Shown: positions 23,233-31,200 of the stretch, one piece after another
How the letters are laid out: each line of letters opens with the position of its first letter
Numbering within the stretch: the stretch's first letter is position 1
Translations under genes and position numbers: made by a program
The notes under the pieces: generated by a model
Database searches by the model: none
The model's input: the letters and a program-made list of their open reading frames with translations, nothing else
Told to the model about the DNA's origin: nothing
Origin: Telmatocola sphagniphila
GTDB lineage: Bacteria; Planctomycetota; Planctomycetia; Gemmatales; Gemmataceae
Direction of reading: 5' to 3'
NCBI RefSeq assembly: GCF_018398935.1
Contig: NZ_CP074694.1
Coordinates: 2,430,001-2,462,000, forward strand
DNA length: 32,000 nucleotides

Positions 23233-24285
23233 ATGATACGTCGACGTTCGGGATTTACCTTAATCGAATTGCTGGTGGTGATCGCCATCATCGCAATCCT
23301 CATCGGCCTGTTGTTGCCGGCAGTTCAGAAAGTTCGCGAAGCGGCCGCCCGTATGAAATGTTCCAACAATCTCAAACAGATGATTCTGGCTGCCCATAAT
23401 TACGAATCGGCGCTGGGTGTTCTGCCGCCCGCATATCGAGGAAATTCGATTGGTGGGGCCCCCCAGTACTTCGACCTGTGGGGAACCATCGCCTTGATGA
23501 CTCCTTACCTGGAGCAGACGGCGGTTTACAACAGCATCGACCTGACCCAGACGATGTACCAGCTCACGCCTCCCTATTACATCAATTCCGTAACGGCAGT
23601 GCAGACTTTCGTGCCCATTTTTACCTGCCCAAGCGACAAAGGACAAGCTGTGGAGACCGGCGTTTACGTTCCGCCGGGTGTTCCACTTGCTCCCTCCAAT
23701 TACGCCTTCTGCCTGGGGACTGGAACGACCACCGGGCGAACTGGCTGGTTGGGATCGCCTTACGATGCGGATGGAGTCTTTTATGCTCAATCGAAAGTGC
23801 GGATTACTGATATTACGGACGGAACAAGTAATACCGCGGCCGCTTCCGAACGGACGCTCGGGGATGGACAGGATGATGGATCGGTGGCCAGCCGATCTGC
23901 TATCGATACTTCGACCATGTATGTCAGCCCACAGGCTCAACTGACCGATTCCGCCTGCGGCAGCACACTGAACATTAATTACGATCAGCATCGCGGGTAC
24001 ACCTGGGTAGCCGGGGAGCCTCGCTGCACCTCGTACAACCACTATTACACACCTAACGATCGCGTGAATCCAGATTGCGTGGCCAACTACACGGGCGCCA
24101 ATCCTCTGACCGCCTATAGCGGGCATGGTTTGAGCACAGCCCGCAGTCGGCATACCGGTGGTGTTAATGTGGCATTCTGCGACGGCAGCGTGCACTTCAT
24201 CCGGGATTCGATTTCCCTGCAAACCTGGCGTTCCATGGCTACCCGCTCCGGGGGGGAAGTTTTGGGAAGTGATTTTTTGAATTAA
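23233..24285 (+). CDS. DUF1559 protein with prepilin-type N-terminal cleavage/methylation segment and H-X9-DG C-terminus
   Basis: MIRRRSGFTLIELLVVIAIIAILIGLLLPAVQKVREAAARMKCSNNLKQMILAAHNYES, then ITDGTSNT, then RSRHTGGVNVAFCDGSVHFI (H-X9-DG). GGGAG lies 5 nt upstream of ATG 23233. The track TTG start at 23140 is an in-frame read-through of the repeat region. Confidence 0.9.
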   Translation: MIRRRSGFTLIELLVVIAIIAILIGLLLPAVQKVREAAARMKCSNNLKQMILAAHNYESALGVLPPAYRGNSIGGAPQYFDLWGTIALMTPYLEQTAVYNSIDLTQTMYQLTPPYYINSVTAVQTFVPIFTCPSDKGQAVETGVYVPPGVPLAPSNYAFCLGTGTTTGRTGWLGSPYDADGVFYAQSKVRITDITDGTSNTAAASERTLGDGQDDGSVASRSAIDTSTMYVSPQAQLTDSACGSTLNINYDQHRGYTWVAGEPRCTSYNHYYTPNDRVNPDCVANYTGANPLTAYSGHGLSTARSRHTGGVNVAFCDGSVHFIRDSISLQTWRSMATRSGGEVLGSDFLN

Positions 24286-24300
24286 CGAAATCCGAATTCC

Positions 24301-25077
24301 ATGCCGACTCCCAATGTCCTGATTCCTGAACAGGTAGCGTTCTATCGTGAAGAAGGTTACCTGCTATTAAAAGGCGTATTTGAGACTGGCGAACTCACCG
24401 AATTTACCCGGGAGATCGACTCAATTCTTAGGCATCGAGCGGATCTCGTTCATGCCGATAATATGCGCGCTCGTTTTCGACCCCACCACTTGACGAGCGA
24501 ACCCGTTTTTGAAGTCTTCGACCCAATCGCGGATCTCTCGCCCTCTGCCTGGTCGATCGCCCACGACCAGCGAATCCGCGATCGACTTCATGATCTCTAC
24601 GGCGAGCCCGCTTGCCTTTTCAAAGACAAATTGATTTACAAACTACCCGGGGCTACCGGAACGACATTACATCAGGACTGGATTTCCTGGCCCGATTTCC
24701 CGGAATCGTTTCTAACCGTAGTCCTTCCGCTCGATTCCTTCGACGAATCGACGGGTGCAACCGAAGTTTTCCCGGGTTGTCACCACCAGGGATATTTGTC
24801 TCCCAAGGATGGCCAGCATCACTACATCGAATTGAGCGATCTACCCGTAGACCCGGTGCCACTGAACATGGAACCGGGAGATATGGCGATATTTGGGTGT
24901 TTTCTGCCGCATCGATCGGCCGCGAATGTATCGAATCATCCCCGCCGGGGCTACTTCATCAGTTACAACGCCGAGTCGGATGGGGGAGATCAATACCAGA
25001 AGCATTACCCCGAATATCACGCATGGATTCGTAAAAAGACTCCCGAACCTCGCCGCAGTCAACTCTATTTTCGGTGA
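24301..25077 (+). CDS. Phytanoyl-CoA dioxygenase (PhyH) family Fe(II)/2-oxoglutarate oxygenase
   Basis: 258 aa. N-terminal FYREEGYLLLKGVF. HxD in TLHQDW. Distal His in FLPHRSAAN. The Arg in RRGYFISY is typical of PhyH-type oxygenases. Confidence 0.82.
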   Translation: MPTPNVLIPEQVAFYREEGYLLLKGVFETGELTEFTREIDSILRHRADLVHADNMRARFRPHHLTSEPVFEVFDPIADLSPSAWSIAHDQRIRDRLHDLYGEPACLFKDKLIYKLPGATGTTLHQDWISWPDFPESFLTVVLPLDSFDESTGATEVFPGCHHQGYLSPKDGQHHYIELSDLPVDPVPLNMEPGDMAIFGCFLPHRSAANVSNHPRRGYFISYNAESDGGDQYQKHYPEYHAWIRKKTPEPRRSQLYFR

Positions 25078-26360
25078 ACTCGATGTCAGTTGCTAACTTG
25101 GATGCCGCCGAGAAGCCGGTTTACTTTCCGGTTTTAAGTCTCAAAAATTTCCTCGAATATGGCTGGTTGACCATCCTGATCGGTGCACTCGCCATGACGG
25201 CGACCTATCCTAGCCGAACGCATGGCCTGGGCATGATCACGGAACCCTTGCTGACCGACTTGAATCTGTCTGATAGTGCCGGCCGCAACCTCTATTCGGA
25301 ATTCAATCTTTGGGGCACCTTGATCGGTGCCCTTTTTTGCATTCCCATCGGCTGGCTCTTCGACCGCTTCGACCGGCGACTAGTGCTCGCGGCCAATCTG
25401 GTGCTCTTAGGGGCTGCCACCTGTTGGATGAGTACCATCCATTCTCAGACGGAACTACTAATTGCGATTATAGTTACTCGCGGCCTGGGACAGGCCGCTC
25501 TCTCGGTGGTGAGCATCACCATCGTCGCTAAAGGATTTCACGTTCGGCAACTCGGTTTGGCGATGGCCTGGTATGCCATCCTGAGTACGCCGTTTCACGT
25601 CCTTTTGATTCAGAATGTAAGTGCTGCCCGAGCTATAGGGCAGGATTGGCGGAATATTTGGTTCAATATCGGTCTAGTTTTAGGATCCCTTTCCATCCTG
25701 TCGATATTCCTTTCCTCCCGCGTACTCACCGATCCCGAGACTCAGAAAGATATTTCTGGGGAAGGGGCTACGCTTAAACAAGCTCTGCGTTCCCCGGCTT
25801 TCTGGGTGATCAGTCTGACAATCTCTCTGTGGGGAATGATCTCGGGGGGGATCGCCCTTTACAACGAAGACATCTTGAAAGAACTCGGCTTTGACACAAA
25901 AATCTATACCGATTCACTTCAGGTCGTGACTGTGGTCGGACTCGCCTTCAAATTGCTCTTCGGCTACTGGTCCCGGAGACATTCCCTGGGAAGCCTCTTA
26001 GGGTTATCGCTTTTGATCACGGCCGCAGCCTTAGTTTGTCTTCCTTTCGCCACAAAAGCCTGGCACGTCTACGCTTACTCCGTGCTCATGGGAATTGGTG
26101 GCGGTGCGGTTGCCCTACTCTTCTTCGCCGCCTGGGGAAAACTCTACGGACATCGCGAACTCGGGAAAATTCAGGGAGTGGCCCAAATGCTGACCGTTCT
26201 CTTAGCGGCTTTTGGCCCTCTGGTCTTTAGTAAAGTCAAAGAACTTACAGCTTCCTACTCCCTGGCCTTCCAGTTCTTTGGCGGCGTGTTTTTAGTAATG
26301 GCGATTATCTCATGGCTCACCCCGATGCCTAAAGCGGAAGATTACCATTCGAAATCCTAG
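25074..26360 (+). CDS. MFS transporter
   Basis: 428 aa with about 12 predicted TM segments in a 6+6 layout and a central loop (SSRVLTDPETQKDISGEG). There is an MFS-like D-R-x-x-R-R loop (WLFDRFDRRLVL) after TM2. The start is either GTG 25074 (overlapping the PhyH stop as GTGA) or ATG 25083. Confidence 0.82.
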   Translation: MNSMSVANLDAAEKPVYFPVLSLKNFLEYGWLTILIGALAMTATYPSRTHGLGMITEPLLTDLNLSDSAGRNLYSEFNLWGTLIGALFCIPIGWLFDRFDRRLVLAANLVLLGAATCWMSTIHSQTELLIAIIVTRGLGQAALSVVSITIVAKGFHVRQLGLAMAWYAILSTPFHVLLIQNVSAARAIGQDWRNIWFNIGLVLGSLSILSIFLSSRVLTDPETQKDISGEGATLKQALRSPAFWVISLTISLWGMISGGIALYNEDILKELGFDTKIYTDSLQVVTVVGLAFKLLFGYWSRRHSLGSLLGLSLLITAAALVCLPFATKAWHVYAYSVLMGIGGGAVALLFFAAWGKLYGHRELGKIQGVAQMLTVLLAAFGPLVFSKVKELTASYSLAFQFFGGVFLVMAIISWLTPMPKAEDYHSKS

Positions 26361-26435
26361 CCGGGTGATGATCATCTCACCTTCGCCCTCTTACAATATT
26401 CTGAAGTACTGCCCCAGAGTGGAGGTTGGACTTTC

Positions 26436-27074
26436 ATGACGAGTCTGAATACCATCGAGCCGCCAAATACGTTTCACATGGCCATTAATGTGACCGATCT
26501 CGGCCGGGCCATTGCCTTTTACAAAATACTTTTCAATCGCGAACCGGCCAAGCACTATGCGGACTATGCCAAGTTCGAAGTGAGCGAGCCCCCGACGATT
26601 TTTTCTTTGAACCCGATGCCGTTTTCGGTCGGAGGGGTTCTGTCGCACATCGGCTTTCGCGTGAAATCGGAAGCGGAAATCTCTGAGATTCGGGATCGGC
26701 TGGAAGCCGCCGGGTACAAGACCCATTCGCAGCAAGATGTGAAAAGCGGCTATGCCCTGACAACCCTGACTTCAGTCAAAGACCCCGATGGAAATAGTTG
26801 GGAAATTACTATTTTGAAAGAAGACCTGGCTCCAGAACCTAACGGCTGGTCACTGCCGCAAGCGGAGATTTTAGAGACACCGCAAGAAGTCGAATTTCGC
26901 TCTTTAGTCTACAAAGGCCCGTTTAAAGAACTGGTGGATGAAGGCGGCCGCGTATTCCATCGGGGTAAGAGGACCAACGTGCCACTGAATGTGTGGATGG
27001 ATCTCCGCGATAGCCCCGCCTCCGAGAGTTTTATTTTCTACTCTCCCAGCGAAACCAGTTCCTGCGGCTCGTAA
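26436..27074 (+). CDS. VOC (glyoxalase/bleomycin-resistance/dioxygenase) domain protein, ArsI/CadI-like but lacking the Cys pair, plus a ~55-aa C-terminal module
   Basis: FHMAINVTDLGRAIAFYKILFNREPAKHYADYAKFEVSEPPTIFSLN...LSHIGFRV...VKDPDGNSWEI is colinear with ArsI/CadI-type VOC proteins. KSGYAL occupies the position where those proteins have CC. The C-terminal VYKGPFKELVDEGGRVFHRGKRTNVPLNVWMDLRDSPASESFIF is homologous to the C-terminus of the next gene. GGAGG RBS. Confidence 0.72.
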   Translation: MTSLNTIEPPNTFHMAINVTDLGRAIAFYKILFNREPAKHYADYAKFEVSEPPTIFSLNPMPFSVGGVLSHIGFRVKSEAEISEIRDRLEAAGYKTHSQQDVKSGYALTTLTSVKDPDGNSWEITILKEDLAPEPNGWSLPQAEILETPQEVEFRSLVYKGPFKELVDEGGRVFHRGKRTNVPLNVWMDLRDSPASESFIFYSPSETSSCGS

Positions 27075-27117
27075 CCTTTCCTTCAATCTAACAATAACGC
27101 CCCGGAGTGAAGATAGT

Positions 27118-28158
27118 ATGACAACAACACTGGTCTCCGAACCTTCCGAAGCGATTGCTGCAGCTACCAAGTTTCAGTTCGGCCTTTATGTAACCGATCT
27201 CCGCCGTTCGGTTCGCTTTTATACAGCCTTGTTAGGGGTCGAAGCGTCGAAGTCCTTCGCGGATTACTCCCAGTTTGAATTGAGCGATCCGCCCATAGTT
27301 TTATCATTGAAGGCTTCGACTCCCCAAAAAGGGAGTTCGCTCAATCACGTGGGGCTCCGCTTGAAAAATTCGGAAGCCATCGTGGAAGTTCAACGGCGTC
27401 TGGAAGCAGCCGGCTATGCAACCCGAAGAGAGGACGGCGTCGAATGCTGTTACTCCCGACAGACCAAGTTCTGGGCGACCGATCCCGACGGCGTACTTTG
27501 GGAAACCTATACTTTGCACGAAGATATCGATCATCATGGCGGCGGTAGCCAGACCGCAGTCACTTCCCTGCACATGATTGATGACACTGGCCCCATCTTG
27601 AATATCTGGGTTCATACGCTGGCGGAGAAATACCCGACCCAGCTTGAATTCGAAGATAATTCTCTCGATGAAGTTCGGTTGGAAGGGAGCTTCAACTCCG
27701 TCAGTGCCGCCGAGCATTTCGAGCGATTATTGAGTAGTGTTTATCGGAAGATGAAGCCGGGAGCCCGCATGATGATGCGGGGCATGGTCTCCGATCTGCC
27801 CTTCCCCGGAGTTCCCGATTTTCCCGGTCTGGCAGCTCCGGTCAAAAATGTGCCAGTGGAAAAAGCCCCCATCGTTTCGCTGCTCCAAGCCGGATTCCGA
27901 GGCGTCTACATCGACCGGTTGAAGGAGATCGACTGTCTCAAGGCTCCGGGCGTCGAACTGAAATCAATCATCATTTACGCTAACAAGCCTCTCGAAACTG
28001 TTACGGGCACTCGACAGGTCCGCTACAACGGCCCGTTCCGCAAAATAGTCGACGATGATGGCATAGAGTTTCCGATCGGTGAATTCATCGAGTTGCCCAG
28101 CTCCGTTGTGGATCGTCTGACGAATAGCCCTGAAACAGCTCGCTTTACCATCCGCTAA
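27118..28158 (+). CDS. ArsI/CadI-like VOC domain (vicinal Cys pair retained) fused to a truncated class-I methyltransferase-like region and a shared C-terminal module
   Basis: KFQFGLYVTDLRRSVRFYTALLGVEASKSFADYSQFELSDPPIVLSL...LNHVGLRL...GVECCYSRQTKFWATDPDGVLWETY follows the ArsI pattern, including CC. The middle region LEFEDNSLDEVRLEGSFNSV...ERLLSSVYRKMKPGARMMMRGMVSD...LLQAGFRGVYI resembles the post-motif-II half of SAM methyltransferases, and I found no GxGxG. The C-terminal segment is VRYNGPFRKIVDDDGIEFPIGEFIELPSSVVDRLTNSPETARFTI. I moved the start to ATG 27118 (GGAG 10 nt upstream); the track start at 26989 overlaps the previous gene. Confidence 0.72.
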   Translation: MTTTLVSEPSEAIAAATKFQFGLYVTDLRRSVRFYTALLGVEASKSFADYSQFELSDPPIVLSLKASTPQKGSSLNHVGLRLKNSEAIVEVQRRLEAAGYATRREDGVECCYSRQTKFWATDPDGVLWETYTLHEDIDHHGGGSQTAVTSLHMIDDTGPILNIWVHTLAEKYPTQLEFEDNSLDEVRLEGSFNSVSAAEHFERLLSSVYRKMKPGARMMMRGMVSDLPFPGVPDFPGLAAPVKNVPVEKAPIVSLLQAGFRGVYIDRLKEIDCLKAPGVELKSIIIYANKPLETVTGTRQVRYNGPFRKIVDDDGIEFPIGEFIELPSSVVDRLTNSPETARFTIR

Positions 28159-28220
28159 TTCCAAAACACAACTAGTGTGACACCCGACGCTCTCCAATCG
28201 AGTGCCACACCGTTGTTCGT

Positions 28221-31200
28221 CTATTTATCCTTCGGTTGCGGTATCAGACGTTCGAGTGCCTGAGCCTGAGCCTGAACTTGAACGTTGTTGAATCTATCTG
28301 GCCAGGATTGCGAGCGGATTTTCTGCAGCGTCTGCGTGGCCGCCGACCAGGCCTTTTCATGGATCTGGGCATTGGCCAGCTTCAATAATCCCGTCGGTTC
28401 CAGCGATCTGAGCTTAGCCACCTTTTGCCAGTGTTCTATCGCTTCTGTCCAGCGATCCTGCTTTTCGCGAATCTCGGCGAGCAGCGTGTGGCATTCGGAT
28501 TCGTTGGGCTGCATCTCCACTATCGAGGTATACGCTCGCTCGGCTTCGGCCGATTCCCGGAGTTCCGCGAAACGATCCCCAAGTTTTTGGAAGAGAGAGA
28601 GGTCCCGCCGCGAAACTTCAACCGCCTGCAACAACTGCTGGATAGCTCCTTCCTTGTCGTTAATCTTGTCGTAGCAGGTGAGCAGAGACTGATAAATCTC
28701 CGCATCTTGAGGCTGCAGTTCAGCAGCCTGCTGCAATTGAACAATCGCGCGAGTAAAGTCATTCTTTAGAATGTAAGCCAAACCGATCGCCTTTCGGACA
28801 ATCGGGCTTTGCAGCTTCTCTTTATCCAGTTCTGCAATGTAGGCTTCCAGATTCGGTGAAGTCACGATCACATTAACCAACTGATCCAGGGCCGATTTGC
28901 GTTGATCAATCCGGGATCCCCAGCTGACGATCGCGGCGCTGGCCCTATCGATAGCTTCCTTGGTTTTTCCTAAACCGGCGTAAGCATTAGCTTCGTCGGC
29001 GTAGTACTTCGATAGAGTACCATCCCCTATTCCCCGTCGGCGAGCCGATCGCTGGTAGGACGGAATAAGTTCCTCAAAATAGGCGACCGATTCGACGTAC
29101 AGGTGATTCTCGAGAGTGCTCGAAGCCAGCGCGCTCAGGATCGACTGACGAGCTCCCTCGTTATTCGTTCGTTTTTTATCTTGAAGGAATAGCTCGTCAG
29201 TTTTCTTCAGCCAGACTCGAAGCTCCGCGGGCTTATTCGTCCGATAGTAAGCGTGCATGAGCCGGACGTAATAATCGAGGTAGTCGGGCCGTTTTTCAAC
29301 CAGCGGAAGCAGAATATCAATCGATTCGGCAAAGCGTTGCTGCTGCTGAAGATATTCTGCCAGTTTGGCTAAGCCAGATTCGGCAAGCACTTTGCGACTT
29401 CGAGCGTCGTAAAGCATCTCTATGGCCCGAGGGTAACTCCGTACTCCGTGGAACAAGTAATCTGCCACGTACTCAACGCCGTTACTGCTATTTTTTTGCT
29501 CACCGTAAATCTCCTCAGCCATTTTGACAAAATCACTGGCCTTCTCAGTCCAGAAATAACCGTATCGAATATCGTAAATCGTTCGATTTCGCGACGAGTG
29601 CGACCGCAGATCCTGTCGCAATTCCTTCAGCACGAGTTTTAGCAGCCGCGGTTCCAGTTCTCCAAGCGTTTGGGCCTCCTCGCGCCACTGACTGATTCGG
29701 TAAATGTTCATATTCCAGCTGTCCTGATTCGAATAGGCGATCCAGGCTGGCTCATTCTCCAGAGAGTTGATCATGAGTTCGAGAGCATCCTTGGGACCAT
29801 TGATCGTGTGAACCAACTCACACATCCGCGGCAATAGATTCGGGTATGAGTCGTACTGATCTTTCAGCAACGGCAGCAACTTCCGGGAAACGAAATCTCG
29901 GAGAGCCTGCTTTACCGAGGGTAAATGCGTGTCGTGAGCGGCTGAGAAAGTTTCGCCCACCTTTTGAATCATTTCCGACTGAAAATTCAGATCGGGTTCC
30001 TTCAGTTCGTTGAAAATCCTCAGTTGAATCGCCTGGAAAAGTTTCTCCCCGCTTCCCAAAGCAACTTCGCTCTTGTAACGCAGGGCGTGATTGTACAAAT
30101 CGATCAGCGCGAAGCGAAACCAGTTCTTCTGATCCTGCGAGGCTGGTTTTTCCAGCTGAGTTTGAATCCAGGTTTCAGCCTGCGTGTGATGTTTCAGTCG
30201 CTCCAGATTGGAAATATAGCTGGAAATGATCGGATTCGCCTCGACGGGCAAGCGACCGCCATTTGCTTCAGCGAATTCCTTCAGAGCTGCTTGCAGGAGA
30301 TCGGCCGTCCGTGGAAAGTCGGCCTGCACTTGCGACAAACTATAAGCGATGTGCAGTCGATCCGAAGAACCAATCTTCGCGTTAGCCAGCAGTTCGTTCA
30401 ACTGTCGGAACTGCTCATGGCGTAACTTCTCAGGAGACAGTTGCCCCAGCGAAGCCAATAGACTTGCCATCAGCCGCGGTTCGCCAGGCGTCCATTCGCG
30501 CTGGAAAGCTCGGCTTAGCGCTTCGTACGCCTTATCGATGTGCGGGCCCGCCTGATTCTGCAGAGCGGCCGCTCGAATTTCGATTAGCAGTTCCAGGATA
30601 TCCAAAGCCCGGCGATCGACCGGAGTTTTGGCATCCTTTCGGACTATTTGAATTCTTTGGACAATCTCATCTACCACGGCTTCGTCGCGAATTTCGCCTA
30701 ACACCGACCGCATCCCCTGCAGGAACGGGTGGACCTCCCCCGCCGTATGGCCTAGGACGGCATCGGGCAGCATCTGGAGCAACCGGAAGTCTCGGCAGGC
30801 GGAATAGAAAGCTTGCAATTGCGAGAGATAATTCTGCGGCGTGGCCGACTTTTCGAAGAGAGCCCGGAATATGTAAAGAACTTCCGGGTCCAAATGAGTC
30901 GGCAGGTTTCCATTCGCATACTGCCAGGGTCGCAGCTGAACATAAATGATCTGACTGAGTTGATATTCCTCCATCGTTTTATACACGGCAACCTTAGCCT
31001 GATCCGATTCGAGCTTTTTATTTTCCACCAGGTAATAATTGGCCAAAGTCTGGTAGTCGGCGGGTCCCAGATCTCCGGTATCTCGGATTTGCTCGAAGAG
31101 CTTGATCGCTTCGGAGACATTCCCCTGTTCGGCGCGGAGATATCCTAATGCGACCACCCACACACCGTTCGCGGCAGTGTCCCGGATCCAGGCGGTCAGA

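Noticed and set aside
26364-26381. GGTGATGATCATCTCACC near-palindrome after the MFS gene
   Set aside because: The two possible symmetry centres are offset by one base, giving only a 5-bp stem or a 10-bp AT-rich DNA palindrome. That is too weak to call a terminator or operator.
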